Assembly: GCA_003559395.1 (NCBI GenBank)
Contig: PWLL01000051.1
Span: 1 to 32,000, forward strand
Length of the DNA: 32,000 nt
Source: Candidatus Iainarchaeum sp.
GTDB lineage: Archaea > Iainarchaeota > Iainarchaeia > Iainarchaeales > CSSED10-239
Direction of reading: 5' to 3'
Both the position numbers and the translations under genes were made by a program. The notes under the pieces were generated by a model that ran no database searches, was not told where the DNA came from, and worked only from the letters and a program-made list of their open reading frames with translations. The first letter of the stretch is position 1, and every line of letters begins with the position of its first letter. Shown here piece after piece: positions 1 through 8,386 of this stretch.

Positions 1-105
1 AAAAAAAACATATCATTAGATTAATAAATATATTTACACTATATATTATATCTGTCAAAAGACAAGTTAGTTTAAGATTATATTTAAATAATAAATTTGA
101 TAAAA

Positions 106-1302
106 ATGATCATAGGAATAGTAGGAGCACCAAATAAAGGAAAAACAACTTTTTTTAAAGCCTCAACACTAATGGATGTTGAAGTTGCAAACTATCCATT
201 TACTACAATAGATGCAAACAAAGGAGTGGGGTTTGTAAGAAACCAATGTATTGATAGTCATTTTAAAGTACAATGTAATCCAAGACATGGGTTTTGTAAA
301 GAACATACAAGATATATTCCTGTAGATATTATAGATGTTGCAGGACTTGTACCTGTAGCAAATGAAGGAAGAGGATTAGGTAACAAGTTTTTAACAGACC
401 TATATCAAGCTAACGCCTTAATTCAGGTAATTGATATTTCAGGTAAAACAAATCTAGAAGGAAAAACAACAAACAACGAAGAAAACGATCCAGCAAAAGA
501 AATAGCTTTTCTTGTTGAAGAAATAGATACATGGTTGTTTGGAATTTTTAAAAAAAATTTAGACAAAATCTCAAGAGAACAAAGAACAAAAAAAACAAAA
601 ACACAAACCGCTTTAATGACCTTTATGGGGTCTATGGGGGTTTCTGAAAAAAATCTAGATTTAGTTTTAAAAGAATGTTTACTAAAAGAAAAACTCTTAG
701 AAGACTGGACAGATCAACAATTAAAAGAATTTACTAAAAACATAAGAAAAACAACAAAACCAATAATTATTGCAGCAAATAAATTAGATGTGCCTGGCTC
801 ATATGAAAAATTAAAAAAATTAAAAGAAAAATTACCAGATATGAAAATTATTGGCTGTTGTGCAGAAGCAGAACTGGCTTTAAAATCTGCAAACAAAGCA
901 GGAGTTATTGACTATCTTCCAGGAGCTAATAACTTTAAAATAATTTCAGAAAAAATTAATGAAAAACAAAAACAAGCCCTAGAATTTATAAGAAAAGATG
1001 TACTTAAAAAATATGACTCAACAGGAGTACAAGAAATATTAGATTCAATAGTTTTTGAAACTTTAAAATATTTTTGTGTTTATCCTGGAGGTACTAAAAA
1101 ACTAGAAGACAAAGATGGGAACATTCTTCCAGATTGTTTTTTAATGCCACCAAGATCTACAACTCTAGATTTTGCATATAAACTACATACTGACTTTGGT
1201 AAAAACTTTATAAAAGCAATAGATGTTAAAACAAAAATGCTTTTAGGAAAAGACCATCTATTAAAAAATAATGACGTTATAGAAATTATTTCAGGAAAGT
1301 AA
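106..1302 (+). CDS. Obg/DRG/YchF-superfamily P-loop GTPase with C-terminal TGS-like domain
   Basis: ORF 97..1302 starts at TTG. The ATG at 106 puts the G1/Walker A motif GAPNKGKTT at the N-terminus. G3 is DVAGL and G4 is NKLD. The C-terminal segment GKDHLLKNNDVIEIISGK looks like a TGS domain. Confidence 0.85.
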   Translation: MIIGIVGAPNKGKTTFFKASTLMDVEVANYPFTTIDANKGVGFVRNQCIDSHFKVQCNPRHGFCKEHTRYIPVDIIDVAGLVPVANEGRGLGNKFLTDLYQANALIQVIDISGKTNLEGKTTNNEENDPAKEIAFLVEEIDTWLFGIFKKNLDKISREQRTKKTKTQTALMTFMGSMGVSEKNLDLVLKECLLKEKLLEDWTDQQLKEFTKNIRKTTKPIIIAANKLDVPGSYEKLKKLKEKLPDMKIIGCCAEAELALKSANKAGVIDYLPGANNFKIISEKINEKQKQALEFIRKDVLKKYDSTGVQEILDSIVFETLKYFCVYPGGTKKLEDKDGNILPDCFLMPPRSTTLDFAYKLHTDFGKNFIKAIDVKTKMLLGKDHLLKNNDVIEIISGK

Positions 1303-1590
1303 AAAAAATCTTTAAAAAATAAGCGCAGTGCTAACTTTTTTTAAGAAAATAATTCGTAAAAAGGCTTTGTTTTTTTATAAGGCGCGTTTAAGGGTTTGTT
1401 TATTTAAAAAACCATTTTTTGTGCTTTTTTTTAAAATCAAAGGAGACTTTGACCTTTAAGTCAACAATCTGTTTATAAAGGTTTCGGTCCTTATTATTAG
1501 TTATTCTGTCTAATTTTTTTTAGATAGAATTTGACCGTTTTAACAAACGACCTAAAACTAGGTTTTAGGAAATTACATTTACGGGATGAT

Positions 1591-1665
1591 AAAGTAGGAA
1601 AACCTTTATAAAAAGAATAATAGCAAGTTTTGCAAAATGCAAAAGATTCTTTTTTTTGATTTCAT
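1591..1665 (+). promoter_or_regulatory. 5' arm of the pre-23S rRNA processing helix
   Basis: aaagtaggaaaacctttat (1591-1609) is the perfect reverse complement of 4665-4683. agattcttttttt (1644-1656) pairs with 4631-4643. gatttcat (1658-1665) pairs with 4618-4625. Confidence 0.8.
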
Positions 1666-4617
1666 GTTACGCCAATTAGTGGATAACTTGGCTTGTAGAC
1701 CGATGAAGAGCGTGGCAAGCTGCGATAAGCTTGGGGTAGGCGCATGCAGCCTTTGATCCCAAGATACTTGAATCATCCAGTTTTTCTGGAAGGGAACCTA
1801 GGGAATTGAAGCATCTTAGTACCTAGAGGAAAAGAAAACAAACGTGATTCCGTTAATAGGGTCGACCGAAAGCGGAGAAGAACAAACCGAATCTCTTATA
1901 GTGATATAAGAGACATGTGGGGTTTTGGCTTATTTACTTCTTAAATACGAAGTTGAATTTTTTCTGGAATGTTAAACCATAGAGGGTTATAGTCCCGTAA
2001 ACATAAACTATTTAAGAAGATTTTTAAGATCCAAGAGTATTGCGCGTTGGATATCGCGTAAGAACATGGCAGGCACTTACTGCTAATTCTAAATATACTA
2101 CAAGACCGATAGTAAATGAGTACTGTGAAGGAAAGTTGAAAAGTACTCCTAACGGAGGGTTAAAAGCACTTGAAACTAATTGGTTACTGTACGGGCATGG
2201 CCTGAAAGTAATGACGATGGATAATAAGGGCGTACTTTTGTACAAACGTCATCTATCTGAACGAGGTTGTGCTGTCCGTCACGAAGCACGGGCGAGGGAG
2301 TTTATCTTTATGGCAAGACAAAGTAACGAAGTTACGGTGTCGAAGGGAAACCAATATGTTCGCAATTTTTTAATGAGGAACAAGGTGTTAACTGTGCCTT
2401 TAGTCATAGGGATATGACCCGAAACCAGATGATAAATGCTTGGGCAGGGTGAAGGCAACCAACTGGTTGTTGGAGGCCCGCAGCAGTACTAGTCTAACTG
2501 TTTGTGTGACCTGAGTATAGGACTGATAAGGTAATCTAATCTGGTGATAGCGGGTTCCTATCGAAAAATCTCTAAGGATTGCCTGGCTGAAGACCAATAA
2601 TAGGGTAGAGATACTGATTAGAAAGTATTGGAAAGAAATTTCCAGCTTTCTTGTCAAACTCCGAATTTATTATTGTCGTTGAATGCTGGAGTAGGGGCTG
2701 GCGGGTAAGCTGCTTGTCCAAAAGGGGAATAACCCAGACTACGATTAAGGTCCTTAAATACCAACTAAGTGTAAATGCGAAGGGAGTTTTATTTCCAAGA
2801 CAATTGGGAGGTTGGCTTAGAAGCAGCCATCCTTTAAAGAGTGCGTAATAGCTCACCAATCTAGGAATATTGCCCTGAAAATTAACGGGACTAAGTTGGT
2901 TACCGATATCGTAGAGCACATGTCAATGTGATCTGGTAGGTAGGTGATTTGGTAGAGTAGAAGCTAGGTTGTAAAATCTTGTGGATCTGCCAAATATATG
3001 GATCCTTGCGATAGTAACATCAAAGAAAAGTGAGAATCTTTTTCGCCGAAGGGGCCCAGGTTTCTTAGCACTAATTATTAGCTAAGAGTAAGTCGATCCT
3101 AAGTTGAGTCGTAATCCGATAAACAACGAAAGGGAAACAGGTTCATATTCCTGTACCAATAAAACACGTATGGCAACGTAAGTATCATTTTTGACAGTTT
3201 TGGCAAGGTGGAGTGTGCTTGTCTGCACATCTAAGTGTTGCAGACCTCTCGAGAATCATAATGATGAGAAGGAGGTCAGAGACACGAATGGGAGAGATCT
3301 TCCATTGAGGCCAAGATTCCATGAAAAGAGAATGATACAGTGTTTTATTGCTCGTACTTAGAACTGGAAAAGGTGTCCCTAGCTGAGTAGGCTAAGGCGT
3401 AATAGGAGAATTAAGTTAAGGGAATTCGGCAAATTAGCCCCGTATCTTAGGTATAAGGGGTGCTTACGGTTGTGTAAACTGTAAGTTTTAATGACAAAGA
3501 CCGTCCGACTGTTTATCAAAAACACAGGTGACTGCTAGCCTGAAAAGGTGTGTATAGTCACTGACTTCTGCTCACTGCTAGTACGTGAACATCAAGTTCA
3601 ATTGATCTAAGCGCTGGTAAAGAGCGGGCCTAACTCTGAGGCTCTCATGGTAGCGTAATACCTTGCCGATTAATTGTCGGCTTGCATCAAGGAAGTAACG
3701 AGATAGTCACTGTCCCTAACTTAAACCTAGTGAACTTGCTACGTGGTGAATATGCCACGGACGACCAATGGGAGGATAAGACCCCATGGAGGTTTACCAC
3801 AGTCTGATGTTGTGATATTGTTTTCATTATAGAGCGTAGATGGGAGTCGCTTATGCTGTTCTCGCCAGAGAGCAGATAGACGCCAATGTAACACCATCTA
3901 GTGAAGAAAATATTACTTAACGTTTCTTTGTAAACGGACAGCATTTGATTGGGTGGTTTGACTGGGGCGGTACGCCCCTGAAAAGATATCAGGGGCGTCC
4001 AAAGGTTTGCTCAAGCAGGTCAGAAATCTGCTTTAGAGGACAAGACCAAAAGCAAGCTTAACTGTGTTTCGCACAGCAAGAAACGCAGGAAGGAAACTTG
4101 GGTCTAGCGAACGCTAGTGTCCCTATTAGTGGGGGCCTAGTCTGACAGTAAACTTACCCTGGGGGTAACTGAGTTGTCGCGGGTTAGAGTCCACATCGAC
4201 CCCGCGGTTTGCTACCTCGCTGTTGGCTTACGGCATCCTGGTTGTGCATAAGCAGCCAAGGGTGGAGGTGTTCACTCATTAAAGCCGTACATTAGCTTAG
4301 TTAAGAACGATGCGAGTCAGTTTGGTTTCTATCTATTGGTCGTGTTGGTTGTCTGAGGGAAAGATACGTTTAGTACGAGAGGAACGATGTGTCGCAATCT
4401 CTGGTGTACCGATTGTCTGACAAGGCACTGTCGGGTAGCTACGTTGTATTTGATAAGAGCTGAAAGCATCTAAGCTCGAAGCGAATCCTGAAACGAGACA
4501 GCCATTCCTGCAGAGATGTAGGACGAGGACGCCGGAAGAAGACCGGTTTGATAGGTCAGTAATGTAAGACGGGAGTTTCTTACGACTGTTTAAGTTTTCT
4601 GATACTAATAGTCCGAG
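1666..4617 (+). rRNA. rrl: 23S (LSU) ribosomal RNA, archaeal type; ends approximate to about +/-15 nt
   Basis: Recognised LSU motifs: 5' GGAUAACUUGGC...GAUGAAGAGCGUGGCAAGCUGCGAUAAGC; GTPase-associated centre GGCUUAGAAGCAGCCAUCCUUUAAAGAGUGCGUAAUAGCUCAC (about 2812-2855); sarcin-ricin loop AGUACGAGAGGAAC (4372-4385). The 5' AUUAGU and 3' ACUAAU form helix 1. The region is GC-richer than its surroundings and is bracketed by a long inverted repeat. Confidence 0.95.
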
Positions 4618-4683
4618 ATGAAATCTTTTTAAAAAAAGAATCTACAACTTGTTGTTGTTTTTAGATAAAGGTTTTCCTACTTT
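4618..4683 (+). promoter_or_regulatory. 3' arm of the pre-23S rRNA processing helix
   Basis: Reverse complement of 1591-1665 in three blocks of 8, 13 and 19 bp with internal bulges. T-runs follow at about 4700-4708. Confidence 0.8.
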
Positions 4684-4944
4684 TTATCCGTAATACTATT
4701 TTTTTAAACTATTATTTTATAGTTGATTATGTGATATAAATTTTAAATATTAATCTTTTTTGTAAATTTATTTTTTTTAAGATAAATACATACAAAAAAA
4801 TACTTTTGCAACATAATATATTTAAGGTTTTATAGATGAAAGAAAGAGATAATTTACAAATAATAGTAGATACCTGTTTTTGGATTCGTGTTGTATATCT
4901 TGAATTAGAAGTCTATTTATTAAATTATTTTTTATATAAAAGAA

Positions 4945-5712
4945 CTATATTTTTTTCTTATGTTTGTTAATAAATATTGCTAAAGAAGAAGTAGAAAACA
5001 ATAAAATAAACAAAGAATATACAAAGAAAAATATGGTTTCTATTATTGGTATTTCTAATATCTCTAAAAAAGGAACTAATAGTAAAAAGACTGTAAGATT
5101 GATTGCCTCTAAGATAATTGCTAACAAGATAATAAATATCGTTATTAACCAAAATTTTTTTTTTAAAAATAACCACGCTTTCTGTAAGCCTTTTTTTAAA
5201 GATAAGTCGTTTTCTGAACCCATAAAAAATAAAGCTAAAAAGAAAACATATAAGACTATAAACAATAATAAAGTTAATAATATTAAAAAAATAATAGCTA
5301 TAGTTGTAATCTTTAATAATAATAAACTATATAAAAAACCAAAACAACACAAAATTAAAAAAAAAACTAAACAATATCTAAAAACAATAGCTGTGTTTTT
5401 TATGTTTTTTTTATTACTTATAATTGATATGATTATATATACAATATAGTTGTTTATAGAAAATAAAATAAAAAATAAAAATACTAACAAAACTAAATAA
5501 AAGCCAAACAACTCCATAATATGAAAAAATATAGGAGCTATACTCATAGTGGTTAATAGATCTAAAGAAGAAAAATCAATTGCATTTGCTAATAAATTTA
5601 AAAGATAATCACTTGTAAAAAAAGCAATAATATAAATCGCTGTGAATAATATCACAGGCAAAATAAACTTTTTTCTAAAAACGTTTAGTCCTTTTATTAT
5701 ACTTACTAACAT
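4945..5712 (-). CDS. Polytopic integral membrane protein, function unknown
   Basis: 255-aa ORF with about 6-7 long hydrophobic segments and short basic loops. I recognise no family motif. Confidence 0.6.
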   Translation of the reverse strand: MLVSIIKGLNVFRKKFILPVILFTAIYIIAFFTSDYLLNLLANAIDFSSLDLLTTMSIAPIFFHIMELFGFYLVLLVFLFFILFSINNYIVYIIISIISNKKNIKNTAIVFRYCLVFFLILCCFGFLYSLLLLKITTIAIIFLILLTLLLFIVLYVFFLALFFMGSENDLSLKKGLQKAWLFLKKKFWLITIFIILLAIILEAINLTVFLLLVPFLEILEIPIIETIFFFVYSLFILLFSTSSLAIFINKHKKKI

Positions 5713-5723
5713 TTATGTCACAT

Positions 5724-6221
5724 TTATTTTTTTACTTCTAAAGTTGTTCTGTGTTTGTGCGGAATCTGATTGAGAGTGTAAGTTATATCAAAACTATAAG
5801 TGCCTTCAAGAATATTCATTGGATCCTTAATCGTGTTTACGTTACATATTATTGTTCTTTTATTATTTTGAGCAATAATTGGCATCTCAATAAGGTCGTT
5901 TGGTGGCTCTGTGTTTGGACAAGATATAAAAAAAACATCTTCTACAGGCTCTATAAGTATCGTAGAATCTCTTGCATCTATTTCGCTATCGTTTCTTACA
6001 GTTATCTCTAGTTCTAAACTACTATGTTGAGAAAGAACATATGGAGAATGACTAAAACTCGTAGAAATGTTTCCTTTATTAAAACTTAAAAAAGAAAAAT
6101 TAATTGCAGAAACCATATAAAATAACAAAATAACTAATATAAAAGCAACAATTGCAATCAAAATCTTTTTTGTTCTATCATTAATATTTAATTTAAATTT
6201 CTTTTCTTTATATAAACTCAT
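5724..6221 (-). CDS. N-terminally membrane-anchored extracytoplasmic protein, function unknown
   Basis: The ORF runs to 6260, but the TATA-like AT run at about 6238-6255 favours the internal ATG at 6221 (MSLYKEKKF...). It has one TM segment (ILIAIVAFILVILLFYMV) followed by a beta-rich soluble domain. It sits 11 nt upstream of the 4945..5712 gene, so the two are probably co-transcribed. Confidence 0.55.
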   Translation of the reverse strand: MSLYKEKKFKLNINDRTKKILIAIVAFILVILLFYMVSAINFSFLSFNKGNISTSFSHSPYVLSQHSSLELEITVRNDSEIDARDSTILIEPVEDVFFISCPNTEPPNDLIEMPIIAQNNKRTIICNVNTIKDPMNILEGTYSFDITYTLNQIPHKHRTTLEVKK

Positions 6222-6311
6222 GTTTAAAAACCCATTATTTATAATATATATACTACCCAAAAATATATATATATATTGTTCTATATATATTTTATAGTAT
6301 AGTATTTTTAA

Positions 6312-6911
6312 ATGTGTGTTTTTATGTCCTACAAAGCATATCTTGATATTGAAGTATCAAATCTTAAACTTGTTATAAAATCAATAATAAAAAACTTTGA
6401 AGAAGAAAATCTTTATCTATTGCATAGACTAGACGAAGCTTTGTTAGAAAAAGCAATAATCGATAATGATGCCGATATTGTTAATCTTTCAGTTGTGGCC
6501 TATTGTTTTAGAAAATTGTTATCTAAAAAACACATCATAAACAATATAAAATGGCCAGAAATAAAACAGAAACTACTTGATAGTCTCTATAAAATACAAA
6601 AACACATAATAACAGGAGACCAAAAAGCAATCAAACAAGAAATACTAAACATAGAAAAAACTATAGAACATACAGACAATCTCTTTGGTTACTTTGTTCA
6701 AAATCTAGTTACAAATTCAAGAACAAAAATTGCGTCCTCTGCATATGGATATGGTTTGTCTTTATCTAAAGCATCTAAACTACTTTCTGTTAACAAAGAA
6801 CAAGTTATGAAGATTGTTGGACAAACAAAAATGTCTGATGAAGATGAAACTATAGAAAACATAAAAAAAAGAGTAGAATATATTATAGAAAATAAAGCAA
6901 AAGAAAAGTGA
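6312..6911 (+). CDS. Hypothetical protein with a C-terminal UPF0175/COG2886-like HTH; putative antitoxin-like partner of the next gene
   Basis: 199 aa; an alternative ATG lies at 6324. The C-terminal segment KIASSAYGYGLSLSKASKLLSVNKEQVMKIVGQT resembles the UPF0175 antitoxin HTH (Y..G.iSlgkAA.l.gv....f...l). Its stop lies 4 nt before the next start. Confidence 0.45.
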   Translation: MCVFMSYKAYLDIEVSNLKLVIKSIIKNFEEENLYLLHRLDEALLEKAIIDNDADIVNLSVVAYCFRKLLSKKHIINNIKWPEIKQKLLDSLYKIQKHIITGDQKAIKQEILNIEKTIEHTDNLFGYFVQNLVTNSRTKIASSAYGYGLSLSKASKLLSVNKEQVMKIVGQTKMSDEDETIENIKKRVEYIIENKAKEK

Positions 6912-6915
6912 TTAT

Positions 6916-7584
6916 ATGAAAATTGTATTTGACTCAGGAGTTATTATTAGTTTCTCAGAAACTTGTTTTTTGCCTCTATTAAGACCATTAAAAGAAGATA
7001 TTGGAGAATTTATAATAACCAAAGGTGTAAAAAATGAATGCGTTGATAGAGTTAGAAACAACATGAGACTAAAACTAAGCTCTCTAAGAATAGAAGACCA
7101 AATAAACGGATATGTTTTTGATGTTTATGAAGGAAATAAAGAACTAACTGAAAAAACAAACAAAATACTATCAATAACAAACAGTATATTTACTATCCAT
7201 AATAGACCTTTGAAAATTGTTGATTTTGGAGAAGCAGAATGTTTAGCTTTATTAGGTCTTACAAAAGCAACATGTATTGCAGTTGATGAAAGAACAACAA
7301 GAATGTTGATTGAATCACCAAAATCTCTTTTAGAAATATTTAAAAAAAAACACAGAACTAAAAAAATAAAAATAGATGAAGAAAAATATCAAAAATTTAT
7401 TAATGAGATTGGAAAAGTAAAAGCTATAAGATCAGTTGACTTGTTTTCATATGCTTATATAAGAAAATTGTTAAATAATAAATATCTTAATAAAGAACAT
7501 CTTAAAGCAGCCTTATATTCTTTAAAATTTAATGGATGTAGTGTTTCTTTTAACGAAATTGAAGGATATCTTAAAGAAATATAA
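6916..7584 (+). CDS. PIN-like (COG2405/DUF3368-type) predicted nuclease with a C-terminal extension
   Basis: N-terminal MKIVFDSGVII carries the PIN first acidic residue. Also present: GEAECLALLGL...CIAVDERTTR, matching the GEAE..A....DD..AR pattern of DUF3368-type PIN domains. Confidence 0.5.
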   Translation: MKIVFDSGVIISFSETCFLPLLRPLKEDIGEFIITKGVKNECVDRVRNNMRLKLSSLRIEDQINGYVFDVYEGNKELTEKTNKILSITNSIFTIHNRPLKIVDFGEAECLALLGLTKATCIAVDERTTRMLIESPKSLLEIFKKKHRTKKIKIDEEKYQKFINEIGKVKAIRSVDLFSYAYIRKLLNNKYLNKEHLKAALYSLKFNGCSVSFNEIEGYLKEI

Positions 7585-7621
7585 AAAATTGGTGTTTTTT
7601 AAGAATATTACTGTTTTTAAA

Positions 7622-7642
7622 TACTTTTGTACATAATATATA
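7622..7642 (+). promoter_or_regulatory. TATA-type promoter element (tacttttgtacataatatata)
   Basis: AT-rich TATA-like box centred about 30 nt upstream of the ATG at 7668. A near-identical copy lies at 4801-4822. Similar 'acataatatata' elements precede tRNA-Leu (16336-16353) and other genes. Confidence 0.5.
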
Positions 7643-7667
7643 TTTGTACAACAAAGAAAGAAAATCT

Positions 7668-8381
7668 ATGAAGATTGTAAAAAAACACACAACTTATTTT
7701 ATAAATCCAAAAGATGAAGAAGAAAGAAAGCTTATAGATAAGTATGTTTTTTCAGAAATTGAACTTAAAGAAATTACAGAAAAAGTTGCTTGTTTAATAA
7801 AAACAGAAGAAAATACAGAAACAAAAGAAATAAACACAAAACAAAAAATTACTGCTCTACTTAACGACAAGTCACTGGACTTTAAAAATAAACTAGAAGG
7901 AAGATTTGAAAAACTACTTAATAAAAAAGATTTAGCTGTTTTTAAAGAAATGGTTGAAAAGAAAGAAATTGTTTTAGATAAACTATCAAACAAATATAAA
8001 AACTTTTTTTATAAAGTAAATAATAAATCACAATCAAAAGAAACAATGGATGAAAAATTTGAAGAATTTAAAAAAAAAGAACATGTTATATTTTCACAAG
8101 ATAGCCTAGCACAGAAGTTTTCACAAACCTTTACTAAACAACTACAATCTGGAGAAATAAGAGGCACAAAATCTTTTGATAGATGTTATTATGTTGTCTC
8201 TAGTTCTGTTTTTGATAAGCTTAGTGACCAAATACTAAAACAATTTGAAAAAGACTTTACAATAAAAGAAGTTGCAGAAAAATTAAAAGTTTCTGAAGAT
8301 CTTATAAAATGTGTGTTAGAAATTCTTAAAGAAGAATGTTCGATAATAGAAAGAAGAAAAGGAGTATATTATAAAGTGTGA
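7668..8381 (+). CDS. Hypothetical acidic/basic protein with two winged-helix-like modules
   Basis: The ORF track start (TTG 7644) lies inside the TATA element, so the ATG at 7668 (MKIVKKH) fits a near-leaderless mRNA. Two wHTH-like segments both end in F/YYKV: ...KYKNFFYKV and FTIKEVAEKLKVSEDLIKCVLEILKEECSIIERRKGVYYKV. Confidence 0.5.
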   Translation: MKIVKKHTTYFINPKDEEERKLIDKYVFSEIELKEITEKVACLIKTEENTETKEINTKQKITALLNDKSLDFKNKLEGRFEKLLNKKDLAVFKEMVEKKEIVLDKLSNKYKNFFYKVNNKSQSKETMDEKFEEFKKKEHVIFSQDSLAQKFSQTFTKQLQSGEIRGTKSFDRCYYVVSSSVFDKLSDQILKQFEKDFTIKEVAEKLKVSEDLIKCVLEILKEECSIIERRKGVYYKV

Positions 8382-8386
8382 TTAAT

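Noticed and set aside
2024-3944. Seven ORFs of 65-125 aa on both strands (2024..2245, 2040..2417, 2400..2657, 2572..2919, 2651..2848, 3687..3944)
   Set aside because: All lie inside the 23S rRNA gene. They are chance open frames in GC-richer structural RNA.
1666-4617. Possible intron or homing-endonuclease insertion in the 23S rRNA
   Set aside because: The gene length (about 2.95 kb) is normal. The conserved blocks I recognised are contiguous, and there is no long ORF inside.
1303-4944. Search for 16S rRNA, 5S rRNA or spacer tRNA next to the 23S
   Set aside because: Neither flank shows a 16S or 5S signature or a cloverleaf. The flanks are AT-rich leader or trailer plus protein genes.
4964-5449. 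161-aa Lys/Asn/Ile-rich plus-strand ORF, and the 69-aa ORF 4967..5176
   Set aside because: They are low-complexity frames antisense to, or shadowing, the clearly membrane-like 4945..5712 gene. They reflect AT bias.
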